Shown in pieces: positions 24,203 through 37,374 of a DNA stretch of 64,000 nt. This stretch comes from the human T2T-CHM13v2.0 reference genome, Homo sapiens. The translations under genes were made by a program, and so were the position numbers. The notes under the pieces were generated by a model. That model was not told where the DNA came from, ran no database searches, and saw nothing but the letters and a program-made list of their open reading frames with translations. Every line of letters starts with the position of its first letter. Position 1 is the first letter of the stretch. The stretch lies in assembly GCF_009914755.1 (NCBI RefSeq), contig NC_060939.1. One strand, written 5' to 3'.

Positions 24203-26277
24203 CTTTGACTGCTAAGGAAACTGAAGACCAGAGAGGGTAAGTGACTTACCCAAGGTAACACAGTCACTGAATCCCTAACTCCTGGTCCAGAATTCTTATA
24301 ATAAGTGTCGAGCCCAATACCTGCAATACCTCATAAACTCAATGCATTCTAATCTTCACACCACCATCCCTTTGCCTGTGCAGTCTGTGGGCAGAGCTGA
24401 GGCTAATTCCCTCTTTATCAGTTATTCCTGCACTTGAGATATTTGAGTTAAGAACCTACCTCTTAGGGCATCCAGCCAATTGCAAAGAGAAGTCAGCACC
24501 CAGTGCCTCTATTTCTTATCACAGGTTGATGTCGAATCTATGCCTGGGGCATCAAGGGATGTTAGGTGGCTGGAAACTTACACAGTGAATGAACGAGTAT
24601 ATTCCCGCACACCTCCAGTGATAGGAAACTGTGACATTTTCAGATAAAATCAACGTTGAGAAAATGTTCCCAACTCATTCTGCTTCTGCCTTCTCCTCGT
24701 GGGTCCTAGTGAGGTGTCGAGAGACCTCAGAGAACCAGTTCAATGCCTCTGCCCACATGGCCTCCCCCTATTTGAAGACAAACACTTTCACTGCAACAAT
24801 ATCCCTACAGAATGTAGGTCTTTCTGTTATTATCAGTCCTACTCTGGCTTGAACTGCTTAGCGTGGTGGAGGAAAGACATGTTTATGTTCTGTATTCGTC
24901 TCCCAGGTTGGAGTCAGAACCCTTACTTTATGTTAAGGCCATGTCTCCTTTCCATTTCTGGCTCCCTGGGGCCGAGGTCTCTGCCTTCCCCTTAATGAAG
25001 TCCATATAGCATCCAGATCTCCCCAGATGGGGACCTGCCTGGAACTGGCATCAGGCCAGGGCACATGCAGGAGTGCAGAGGAACATCCCTTGGGGGAAAA
25101 TCCGCCTCTCCCTGTGCCACCCACACTTTGCAAATCACCCAAATAACTCTCTGCCCAGGAGCCACGTCTTTGCTGGGGGAAGGGCAGCTTAAATTGGTAG
25201 CTTCCGCACATAACAAGCTCAAGACCAGACAAAGCCTGCCGAACAGCCCCCGGGGGAACCAGTGGTTTTATGAGCCCATCATATTTACTATTATCCAATG
25301 AGTCATCGGCTGCGTGCTTTCATTTTGAGGCTGCAGGACGAATAGGCTCTCATCGGAGCCACTCTTAATCCATTATTTATGCCCGCTCTTTGTCCTCTCA
25401 ATTGTACCTTTGCAGACAGGAGCTTCAGTCCACATCTACCAGCAGCATTTGCCAGACTAATGCACATCCTTAGTTCCAAAGTCTGTGGTGTTTAAAAATA
25501 GCAAACGAGGCAAACACTCTGATTATGAAATTTCTAGCTGATATTTCCCTTGCCTTTCATTAGGGAGAAAGCTAGCATTAAGTGAACCCACAAGTCCAAC
25601 GGGTAGAAATAAGGAATACTGTGTTTTTGACTTCTGCTCAGATCCGTTTCCCAGGAAGCTTATGTGGGTCTTGGAACAACGGGGATCAACAATGTGAATA
25701 TGTCTATTGTGCCTGCAGATCCCATTGCTAATGCCCGGGAAGGACAAGTAATTAGTTTATGAGTAAATTGTCCTCAAGTTTGCATTTCTAGTACAAGAAC
25801 TAGTCACTAAGCTTTGAGAATTGACCTACGCATTTCATGCCATGGGAAAGAAAACATAAGGTTTGTGATTTAAAGTCACTCATTACTTTCTACAATGATG
25901 GATAAGCAGAGGACAATTCCCTTGGTAGCTAATTGTCCTACTGCTGCTTGTATCACTGCTCAGAAGGATGTGTTACCTGGGCTAGGCAGAAATCCAGCAC
26001 CCTCATGGAGGCAACCCTGGAAACCCCTTGTGGGGTGCTCTATGCATGTCTGGGTGGGTATCGGGTGATGGATGGGACTGTGAGGGATGGGCAAAAACCA
26101 GGAAAGAATAACAGGGATAGAGCAGCAGATGGTGAAACAGAAGCACATGCTAGGCCCACTTGGATTCTCCCTGGAGTTTGAATCTGCAGCAGAGTGGCAA
26201 AAAGACAAAATGGTCGACACTCATTAGCCCTGGCAGTAGGAGCAGCAATGGCAACCCCTTAAGAACCTGTCCTTTCA

Positions 26278-26739
<462 letters not shown>

Positions 26740-27349
26740 TTATCAATAGCTCCTGTTTCTGAGCCCCACACCCCACCCTGTTTGTGATCCCAATTCTAAT
26801 TGCTCTGAGTTGGTTCTCTGCCCTCCATTCAGTTCCATGGGCTCTGCTACATGCTTCCAATAAACTCCTTAACGCCTACATTAGCCACAGGACTTCCTGT
26901 TGCTTACACTCAAAGCACTCTAGCAGATAAGAGCTGGAAAGTGAAAGCAAAACAGGAACATAACCCAAGATCAAAGGCCCAGTCGCCCAGAAGAAGGCTT
27001 GAATCAGAGAGGCAGGCACTGACCCAGGGCACAGGGTGCATGAAGCCGGGGGTGAGCGCCCAAAGGACAGGAGTGCATGCCTTGGAGCTCAGATGTCACC
27101 CTATCAGGCAGGTGACATTGTTGTTGACATCTTAGATCAGTGGAAGTCAACCGTGAGGCACCCCAACCTTGGTTCTTAATGGTGTCAGATACAATATGAC
27201 AGGCCAGGTCTTAATCCGCCAAGTGTTTATTTTAATTTTGACCAATATGAGAGGTAATTTTGGAAGGTAAATAGGCATTTTTTTTTTTTTGGCCTAGGAT
27301 GACTTGAATGTCACTGTAAGAAAGCAGGGCATTGGGTTAGAATTATATA

Positions 27350-28030
27350 TTCATTCATTAAACAAACATTTATTGAGCTCCTCTTCTGTGCAAATATCTG
27401 CTCTGGGCGCTGGGGAGACCAAAGTGACTAAGTCATAGGCTCTGCTTCTGAGCATGAGGAGGGATGGCGGCCAGCACACAGCATGCCCCAGCAGTGCATG
27501 GTAAGGACCCAGAGACTGGAACACATGGAGTTCAGATGCAGAGAAACCTCTTTGAGCTGACAGGGTCAGGAAGGTGATGTGGGGCCAGCATTCAAGGTGC
27601 TCCTTGAGGGAAAGAGAAGGTTTCACTGACAGCAATTCCAGATGCAGAGGAGAAAAAGAAAAATGGCAAGTGGTCTGAATTGGCTGGCATGCCTCCAGGC
27701 CCAGGCAGGATGAGGAGGTAGGCTGACGTCAGATTGTGGAAGATCAGGCTGAGAAGTCTGCATTTTACCTGTAGTCAATGGAGAGCCAGTAACAATTTGG
27801 AGCTGGAGAGGGACATCATCAAAGCAGCAAACTGCAGAGAATCTTGTCAACAATCTGCTTAGCAGATTGGGGAGGGGAGAGTCTGAGCAAAGTTCAAGCT
27901 ACTTGGAGGCTACTGCAATAGTCCAAGCAGGACCCTTCCCCTAAAGTGAACAACAGGAAGATGGAGATGAAAAACCCTGACGTGAGAGCTTGGCATTGAA
28001 AACTAGATGGGCATGGTAGGAGGGGGCAAG
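27350..28030 (-). mobile_element. L2 LINE fragment
   Basis: TCATTCATTAAACAAACATTTATTGAGC... and TGGAGGCTACTGCAATAGTCCAAG. Confidence 0.7.
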
Positions 28031-28754
28031 CCAGGGGGCCTCAGGGTTTAGACTAGAACGGTTTCTCAGTTCCATTCGAATAACACACATTTTCCTGGCA
28101 CCTCCTATGTGCACAGCATGTGTTAGCAGGTGGTGAGATGGCAAGGAAAATACTGGAAGGCCCAGGTCCTTATAAAAGGCCAGGGCTTTTCTAAAATGTG
28201 CTCCATGCATCCACATCTCACCTTCATCATTAGTGAGTGGACACTGCACCTCTCAATTTCCCCACTGCCAGGTTACCTGAGTGGAGGCTTGGAGGCAAGA
28301 GAAGAGAATTGCAACCCAGAGGAAAAACTACAACTCTTGTTAGCAGTGGCTACTCCTTAGGCCTAGGGGTATAAACCCAACTCCCAGCCAAGGCCTTCAT
28401 CTGGCTAGTTTATGCCCTGCCTTCTAGACTGCCTCTGACTCTTACCCCGGATTAACTTCACCCCAAAACAATTGACAAGGCCAGCCTCTATTTGTTTCAG
28501 AGCCACAGCTATACTCTGCAGAGTTTTAGCCCAGACAAAACACTCAGAAGAGTGCACTGTGCATTGTCCCAAATCCCTTCCACATGGCATCTCTCACAAG
28601 AGGCTGGCAGCACAGGCAAGGCAGAGCTGTGCCAAGCCAGGCCATGCCTCTCCATCACTTCCAGCACGAAGGGCCAAAGCCCAGCCCACACGCCACTCCT
28701 ACTTTGGTGAGGTCTTCACCTCACATCTCCTGGGAACAAAAGTGCAGACAAGAA

Positions 28755-29085
28755 CAGACACACACAGATACAGACACACAGACACACACACACACAGACA
28801 TACACTGACACACACAGACACACACGGGCACACAACACACAGACACATGACACACACACACGGACATAGACACAGCCACATAGACACACACAAACACACT
28901 CACAGTCACATAAACACACACTCACAGACACACAGATACACAACACACACAGACACACACACGGACACACAGACACACACAGCCACATACACAGACACAC
29001 ACAGACACTCAGACACAAACACACAAACACACTCACACATGGAGACACACACTCACACACACATGCTCCATACATACACCCAAAC
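28755..29085. repeat. Degenerate (CA)n/(CACAGA)n simple repeat
   Basis: ~330 bp of CACA/CAGACACA units. Confidence 0.9.
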
Positions 29086-29904
29086 ACCATCAAACATGTC
29101 CCTAAGATAAATAATAACTTCTAGGTAGGGAACACACTTCCTCAAATTTAGAGGGGCATGGTTTTCTTTAACTCCATGGGACAGCAGCTCCACGCCAAGG
29201 GAGATACAGAAAAGAACACTTGATGCCAGCTGGAAGCACCCTGTGATCACTGAGTGCTGGTGGCCCTGGCTTAAAGCGGCCCGCACAGTGCCCACTCTAG
29301 GAGGCAGATGGCTTAGTGTCTCTAAAATGATATTTCTTCCAGCTTAAAGTTTCCATTCAGTCCCCACTGGACACCTAGTGATAAACAGGTGAGGAAACTG
29401 TGGCTCAGAAAGCTTGAATAAATAGTAAAGGATCAAACACTAAATGCAGAGCTGAGATTCAAACTCAAATCTGCCTGTTCCCTCAGCCAGCGGGCATTGG
29501 CACCCCCATGTGAGGCACTGACCAGCACGGTGAGCTGTGGACACTGAAGCAGAGCTTGGGAGAGACAAACGGACCTTGGGGAGCTCAATCAGTAACGAGA
29601 CAAAACAGGACAGGAGACGCTGTGTTTCCACCTTGTCCTGGGACTCAGAGTCTAAGTCTTTCAGATTCAATGTGTGGTCAACTCTGGACCTCGTAACAGG
29701 TGGCCCTCACTCCCTGGACCTTGTGTGATCTGGCCCGAATGGAATAAGCAACTTTATCCAGGCTTGAGTGCCAGCGACACCATGAGGACCTGCACCAGAC
29801 ACTTGCATTGGCTTTCTCATCTCAAACATCTTCCCCTCTGCTTTTTATCCGAGGAAAATTAGGGACCAAGACCTGGAGAGCTTAATTTCCTCTCCCTCCT
29901 CCAA

Positions 29905-30285
29905 AAAGAAAGGAGGGAGGGAAGGAAGGAGGGAAGGAGGGAGGGAGGGAGGGAGGGAGAAAGAGAGGAAGGGAGGGAGGGAGGAAAGAAGGAAGGAAGA
30001 AAGGAAGAAAGGAAGGAAAAAAGGAAGGGAGGAAAGAAAGAAGGAAGGAAGGAGGGAAGGAAGGAAGGGAAGAAGGATGGAAGGAAGGAAGGAGGGAAGG
30101 AAGGAAGGGAAGAAGGATGGAAGGAAGGAAGGAGGGAAGGAAGGAAGGGAAGAAGGATGGAAGGAAGGAAGGAGGGAAGGAAGGAAGGGAAGAAGGATGG
30201 AAGGAAGGAAAGAAGGAAGGGAGGGAGGGAAGGAAGGGAGGGAGGGAAGGAAGGGAGGGAGGGAGGGAGGGAAGGAAGGAAGGAA
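29905..30285. repeat. (GGAA/GGGA)n polypurine tract containing a 40-bp tandem unit x4.25
   Basis: AAGGAAGGAAGGAGGGAAGGAAGGAAGGGAAGAAGGATGG repeated exactly at 30041, 30081, 30121 and 30161. Confidence 0.95.
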
Positions 30286-33049
30286 AACAGTCATTTTTGC
30301 TTTCCATTTTCTCTGATTAAGGTAAAGGTGAGGAAAAGTCTGTTAAAAGAAAGGCTGATCAGAAGGCTGGTTGGTTTGTTTCCAGGCTGTAAACTCACTG
30401 GGGCCAAAATGGACCAAGTACCTTGTCCAAGATCACACAACTAGTGGGACTGGAATCCTGCTTCCTGACACTCAGTTATTCCTGCCTCCCTTCCACTGCC
30501 TGTGTCTGTCATTACCTTGAAGACCACACACATGCACACACACACAGCCTTTCAGAATAAATTAAATAGGCTCTGGGGTGACTTGTCAGAGCATCAGTCA
30601 CAGCATCACAGGTGGGGAGCTCTTGAGAGGTTGTTAGCAAACTAATGAATTATATAATGGCTGCTCAGTAATTCCCAGGGCTAAGGTAAGGTCCTGGAAC
30701 ACACACTTTCATTCGAAGAAGATTAAGTTAAAACCATACGTGTCATTCTCTTGACAAGCTCTGAGCACTGTCCTTTTTCCTGAGAACATTTGCACTCTGA
30801 AGAACCCATGGAGGTGGAAGGTCAAGGTTATTGAGGGAGGTAGATCTGAGGAAAGCACCTGCATCAGGTGACCAAAGGGCAGGAGCATCTCCAATTCAGC
30901 ACCAAGCCCCCTGCAGGGGTCCCAGGCAGTCGACAGTAAGCTCTGAGGATCCGCTGTGTGCAGGGATCAGTCCTGGACACTAGGAAACAGTGAAAAATGT
31001 GGCACTGGGACTCAGTGGCACCTGCTTTGTTGGAAAGACACTGTCCTTATTTTGGAAAAATTCCCAGGGAAGAGAGCACTTCCCACCCTTGGGAAGCTCT
31101 CCAATTTGTTGAAGACATATGACCTTCTGAAGCTCCCGGTCTTGTGGAGAAGACACTGACTATGCCCTTGGAAAAGCCCAAACTGTCTGTCAGATGGAGA
31201 GAGGGGAGACAGACAGCACCTGCCCTTGGGGACCCTCCAGACTGATAGGATAGAGGATAGAGGTTGGGGCAGGGGCTGGCCCTTGACCTCATGGGACAAT
31301 ATCATCCCTGAAGTCCCCACTCCAGTATGGAGTTAGATCCCAGGAGGTGGTGCCCACACATGTGTACATCTGCCCTACAGCACCTTGCCCTGGCATCATT
31401 CCTTTTTTGAATGGCTATGAATAGTGATGATTTTCTTTGAACTTTGTAACCCACCTCAGAGCACACCTGTTGCCTACATGCCTCTGCCTGCACCTGGCAC
31501 CTGATTCAGCCTAGCCCATGAAGACTTTGTGTGTGGGTCCACAGAAAAGCCAGTCTCTGTAGGGCAGGACACTGGGGCCTCATATCCAGGCCCGACACAA
31601 CAATCCTCTTATCCCAGGCAAGTGGCCCTGGTAGCTGGCGAGTCCAGGAGAGGAGGGACCATGATCAGTTTCCCACAGGCAGCCATGGAGGTGGCATCCA
31701 GCCCTCTGCTCAGGAGCCATAGAGCAGATGGTGGGGAGACGCCAAGGGGACAAATGGAGTAGGCTTCTGCTTCTTCACACTTCTGTCTCTCGTGATGCCA
31801 GATTCCCAGACCCTACCAGCCACAGCACCAGCAGTGACTTGGGTACGAACCACAGGTTTCTGGATTTGTACCCCACCCAGCTCCCTTCCTGGGCTCTAGG
31901 TCCCAGGTCCCACCCTTCCTGAAGGCCAGGGCCCTGTTGCCACCACAATATGACAGAAATCTGTTTCTCCAGCTTACACTCTCCCCAGCCCCTCTGCTAT
32001 CGTCCTCCCAGGCAGCTGTGCCTCTTTCCACCACCCTTGGACCAGCTGCTTCCCGGTGACTACGGCTTATTTCAAGGGCCCGTGTACTACTCCCCAGGCC
32101 ACTTTCCTAGGAACTTAGGACAAGGGCCTCACACAAGGCTCAAAGTGCCCTTTGAAAAATGTACTCACTGACTGGTGAGAAACCTAAACTGGGCACAACC
32201 CAGGGTGTCAGGGAGTTGATTCTCTCCTACTTCTCAGGTCCCAGCCTTCAGGGGTCCCAGTCACTGCCTCCTGGCCCCCTGGACATATTCTAACTCCCCT
32301 CATTTGTTTGAAAGTCTCGGTTCCAGAGTAGAAATGGCTGCTCCTGTGCCCCAGCATTTCTGAAAAGTGATTTCCAGATTGTACCCCACATCTTGACTAT
32401 ACAACTTTTTTTACTTAATTAGGAATTTACTTTATTAAGAACTACTGCCTGGAAAAAAATCAATAAATAGTTTAATAAGCCAGACAATTTAGTCCAATCA
32501 TCAGGAGTTAAAGTTTATTGGAGGATAAAGTCTGTACGAGTTGTTGAATAATCTAAACCTTGGCCTAGTTCTAAGTAAAAGTAGGTTTGTAGCAGGTGCA
32601 AACCTGAGCCCTCTCTCTGCTACCAAAACAGCACAGGAGGATCTTCCTGGGCAGCTTCTACAGAGAACACATGGCGTCCTGTTGCTCTTTTGCACCCAAA
32701 TGCACGCTGACCACTGATTCTAACCAGGCTCTCCTACCACTGGGAGCAGGTTAAAAGATGTCTGGGATTTCAGAAAGGTGGAAGAAGGAAAAAAAAAAAA
32801 TGACTCAACTGGGATCCTGAGGAGCTGATTCCAAGCTGTTGCCTACTCTCATCACCTTCCAAGGAAGTCATCCAAACCCTCTGTTTCTTTAACCATAAAA
32901 AGCAGGAAATGATAACCATCTTGTGGATTATTCTAAGGAATGTGAAGAGACACAAAGGAGCTTAGCCAGAGAGATTCACAATGAGCATGGCCATGTCTTC
33001 CTCCTCCAGCCAAAGTCTCCTGCAGTTACTGAAATCATGCATTTTGAAG

Positions 33050-33250
33050 GATGAGGAGGAAAAACAACAGAAGGAAGAAGAGGAGGGGAAGGAAGAGGAG
33101 GAGGAGAAGAAGAAGAGGAAGGTGAAGGGGAGGGGGAAGGGGAAGAAGAGGAAAGAGGAGGAGGAGGAGAAGAAGGAGGAGGAGGAGGAGAAAGAAAGAG
33201 AGAAAGAAAGGAAGGAAGGAAGGGAGGAAGGAAGGAAGGAAAGAAAAGAA
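33050..33250. repeat. GA-rich low-complexity (GAG/GAA/GGAA) tract
   Basis: Near purine-only sequence on +. Confidence 0.9.
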
Positions 33251-33399
33251 TCTGTCTATTGCCAGCACTGCAAAGAGGAAGGAAGCAGGGACAGGGGAGG
33301 TGCGGAGGGAACAAGGAGCAGGGAGGGAGAGGAAGTGGAGCTAAGCAGACCAGAAATATTGAGGAATTCCTGGAAGATAGAAAGCAGTAGGAACTGAGC

Positions 33400-33830
33400 T
33401 GACAGAGGAACAAAAACAGAGAAAAATCACAGCCCAAGACGTGAGGAGTTGCAGGAGAAACAAACAGGGATTCTCGAGTACAAATTGAAAAACGTGAATA
33501 GACGATGAAGAATCACCAAGCATTAGAAAAACCAGCAACGTAATCCCTGAGCTCACGCAAAGGATGAACACCCAAGGGAAGAGCATCAGCAGAGGAAACA
33601 GACAACGAAGTAAAAATAGTAATGAATATTCTCAGGAAGATTCACGATGATGATACACAAATAAAGAATCACAAGTTGCAATGCAAAGCCACGATTCTCA
33701 AACTTTAAAATATGCTTATAAGAATTAAAATCATAATGGACAGACTGCATAAAGGAATGAGCACAGTGAATATCCAATTAGTGAGTTGGACGGTGGAGCT
33801 CAGGAAAGTCTCCTAGGACACAAATGGGAA
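33400..33830 (+). mobile_element. Possible ancient L1M/HAL1 ORF1-region relic
   Basis: A-rich, with motifs like AATCACCAAGCATT, AATATTCTCAG and AATTAGTGAGTTGGA that resemble old L1 ORF1 regions; highly diverged. Confidence 0.35.
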
Positions 33831-34114
33831 GGCTCAAGAGAGTCTAGGGGTTGTAGGGCCGGGGGGGTGCCTGGCAGGAAGAGGGAGCTCCATCTTTGTT
33901 GCTTGAATCTGAAAGGCATTTGATGAGAGGCAGCCCGGTGTCATGGAAATGATTCTTCCATCATCACAGCAACACTATTCATGAGCGTATCAAGTTTTTT
34001 TGTGTGTGAATTATGCAAAAGTAGCTTCCAGCCTAGTCCAAGTCAAAAAAATTATACGTTCAGAATCAATGGAGTCTGAATTAGCTACATTTGAGTGCTC
34101 AGGGACCTCAAAGG

Positions 34115-34178
34115 ACACACACATGCACACACACACACACAGACACACACATGCACACAGACACACGCACACACACAG
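34115..34178. repeat. Interrupted (CA)n microsatellite
   Basis: CA run with CAT/CAG/CGC interruptions. Confidence 0.9.
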
Positions 34179-34744
34179 AGCTAAACTGAGCTTACTGAGC
34201 AGAAGGGTCTCCTTCTAGGGATTATACAGCCCAATGCTCTTGTTGCAGAGAAGAGAAAACTGAAGCTCAGAGAGGCAGAGTTGGCCCCAGACTTCCTCTG
34301 ACGCTCCAAGCCTCAGGCCATCCTTTCAGAAGGATCCTCGATGTCTCAGGTCCACCAAGCTGAGCACAGTCTTGACCTCTCTTTCCCATTGGCTGGGGGC
34401 AAGCCCAAGGACCCTGAGAGCAGCATCTGCAGCATCAGCTCTAGGGAGCAGAACTCCATCAGAGGAATCCAGTGTCCTCTTCAATTTGGGCCACAAAGAA
34501 GAAAGGAAGCCAGCTGCGGTCTTTTCTGCCGCATTCAGCTCCCTGCAGGGGCCCCACAGGCTTTGTCACGTGGCCTTCCGGATCCAGTGTGTCTTATTCT
34601 CACCCATTTACCCAACCACCCCATTTTTTCAGTAAGCACATCTTCCCTTCAGTTTTTAGTCCCCCTAGGGCACCATCTGAAGCCAGTTTCCTGTTCTCCC
34701 TGCCCCTTTATCCTGTGGGTTCTTCTAGAGGAAGGAAAGAATTC

Positions 34745-34960
34745 AACATTGATCAAGCCCCTCCCATGTACCAGACTCTGCGGGGCATTTGACACACTTG
34801 ACCTCTTTTAATTCTCACAGCAATGGTGTGATGCAGGCATTCTTTCCCCCTTTTCCAGATGGGAACACTGAGTTCAGAGAAGTTAAGTAACTGAGGGAGG
34901 GCCACACAGCCAGCGGACGGGGAAGGCAGGAATAAATGCAGGCCTCTCTGATGCCTTGCT
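34745..34960 (-). mobile_element. MIR SINE
   Basis: TTTCCAGATGGGAACACTGAGTTCAGAGAAGTTAAGTAACT...GCCACACAGC. Confidence 0.75.
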
Positions 34961-36111
34961 CCTCCTGCACCCAGGCCACCCTCCAGCGAACTTTAAGTCT
35001 CCTGAGACTTCTGGGAAAGGGCATTCTACAATAATTGGGGCAACAAAGCTTGGGAATGATATTAACTTCAGGTGGCAGGTAGGTCATGGCCAAATGGGGG
35101 CCTTGCCACAAGATTCAAAGCCACTCGATCAGGGAAGCTGCCTAGAGGAGGAAGATTCTGAGCTCATTCCTAGAGGGAGACAGGCAGAATTTGAGGAGCC
35201 AGGGAGAAGAAAAGAAGACCTTCCAGGCTTAGCAGGCAAGATTTTAAATTGCTTTAAAAAGTAAAAGACAGTAACTCCATCTGCCTTTAAAGGGGGCAGG
35301 GATGTGGAATAATTTATATCAGAGAAAGACTACATCGTGGCCCAGATGCCTTTCACTGGTGGAGTCTGGTGGGGGAGGGTGGCCGCACTGGAGAAACTGA
35401 TCATTGTAAAGGGAAGATTGGCAGGTCAGGCCTCTGCTGGGTCCAGCCTGTGATTTTGATGTACAAAAATGGGTCCCAGCCCAAGTAGTAGATGTGGAGA
35501 GCTAAAAGCTGCTCTGCTAAAGACAGCGAAGGAAACCTGAGCTTCAGGAGGGCAGCCCACGGGAGAGAGGTAGAAGGGCCGAGAAAACAAAGAAAGGGAG
35601 AAATGTGAGGTCCAGGGAGAGTGAGGAGCTGGGAGATCCAGAGGCCTGGGGGAAATTTTCCCAAGGAAGGTGTGGCCAGGATCTTTAGGGACCAATGAGT
35701 GACATTTAATTTGAAGTTCCCTCTGCCATGCCATAACACAAATATACACTCCATGATCCACCTGTCATCAGCAGAACATGTGACAGCGTAAAGCTGTGGT
35801 TGCTTTAGGGCCTCAGTGGTAGAGGGGATCAGGCTGTAAGTTTCCCGTTATTCATGAAATGGGGACGTGCAGCACTTTTATTAAATAGGAAAGGGTGACT
35901 CCATGACAGGAGAGCGTGGGGACAGCCAAGTGGCTGACATACAGGTTACAAAAGCAGGGATAATAGTGGAGACAATACGTATGAATGAGGTTGGCGGCTT
36001 TGATTCACAAGTAAAAGCCCCATCCTCATCCATCCACGTAGGCCATTTCCATCTCATTTTAGGTAGTAGGTCTGTGGCACTTGTCCTGGAGGCAATTAAA
36101 GTTGTTTCTTA

Positions 36112-36345
36112 ATAGTAACCGAAGCTCTTACATTGCTGAGTACCAGCTATATGCTGGCACTGTTCTGAGCACTTCCCAAGTATTAAGTCAATTAATCCTC
36201 ACCATCACCCAATCACGTAGGTTACCATGCTTACCCTCATTGTGCCAATGAAGAAACTGAGGCACAGAGAGGTTACCTGCCAAGGTCATACAGTAAGGGG
36301 CATAGGTGAGACTCCAGTGCGGGCGATCTAGCTCCAGAGTCTCAA
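36112..36345 (-). mobile_element. MIR SINE
   Basis: GGCACTGTTCTGAGCACTT...TTAATCCTCAC...GAAACTGAGGCACAGAGAGGTTA. Confidence 0.85.
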
Positions 36346-37374
36346 TCTGCATCTCTTCATTATATCATAGAATCTCCCTGCAGAACAGCTCAGCCTCTGC
36401 CTTGCTTCATGAGACTGGACAGAAGGACTAGCTGCTTAGAGAACAACAATAGGAAACCTACAGACCCTCTTGATTCCATAAAAAGTTACCCTTGTTCTTG
36501 GTTAATCCAAAGAATAAAATCAGGATCGATGAGTGGGAGAAATGAGAAAATCGATTCCAGCTCTGCAGAAGACTTTGCTAACATGTTGAGTGACCCACAC
36601 AAATGCATGGTCTCAGTAGGTAGTGAGCTCCCTGTCATCAGAGTGGTGCAAGTAGATACTTTCCAATGACTTGCACACTCAGCTAAGGGGTCTTTTAAGT
36701 TTCTCTCTAATTTGAGATTCTATGACTCCAGGAAATTTTCCTGAACTAGAAGAAACTACTTAAAAGAGCGACACTGGGGATCACAGTTTCCGTGGGCTTC
36801 AAGTTACCGAAGGTCTGTTGTGTTGGCCATTTCTGAAATCCCCTTTCTCTCCTTGTCCACTTGGTTAACTCTCAGTCCATTCCCACTAGACATGGGGTCT
36901 CCCAGGCCCTCCCCACCTCCTGCTCCCTGGTTGACTTTTTCCAATCATCACATCTTTCTGATTACAGCTCACCCTCCCTGCCTGCCCAGTGAGCACCAAA
37001 GGGCAGAAATCAAGTCCCATTTGTGGTTCTAAACCCACAGCACTAAGAGTGGGGAAGGTGGTCAATGGGATCAATTCAATTCAGCAAATATGTCTTCCCT
37101 CTCAGTCTATTATCCTCCAGTACAATTATCTGTGTTTACCAACAAGCTGTCTCCCTAGCACTATCTTACTGTCCACTCTGAACATCAAGCTCTCTGCCCT
37201 ATGCACATTCTGTAAATGATTCATGGATGAACAATGTCAGAGATTCCCTCCCCTCTCAGGTGGCTTCCTTGTGGCTTAGTTTTCCAGGGTCCACAGGAGG
37301 TGATATGGCCTAGAGTGGCCAGATTTCCAACAGCAGGGATCCTTGTCATTCTACAGCCATATTCATCTCTGCCT

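Noticed and set aside
29905-30285. EWS-FLI1 GGAA neo-enhancer
   Set aside because: Uninterrupted GGAA runs are only about 2-3 units, far shorter than strongly bound microsatellites
32981-33397. 138-aa Glu/Lys-rich ATG ORF
   Set aside because: Open only because it crosses a GA-rich low-complexity tract; no domain or exon structure supports it
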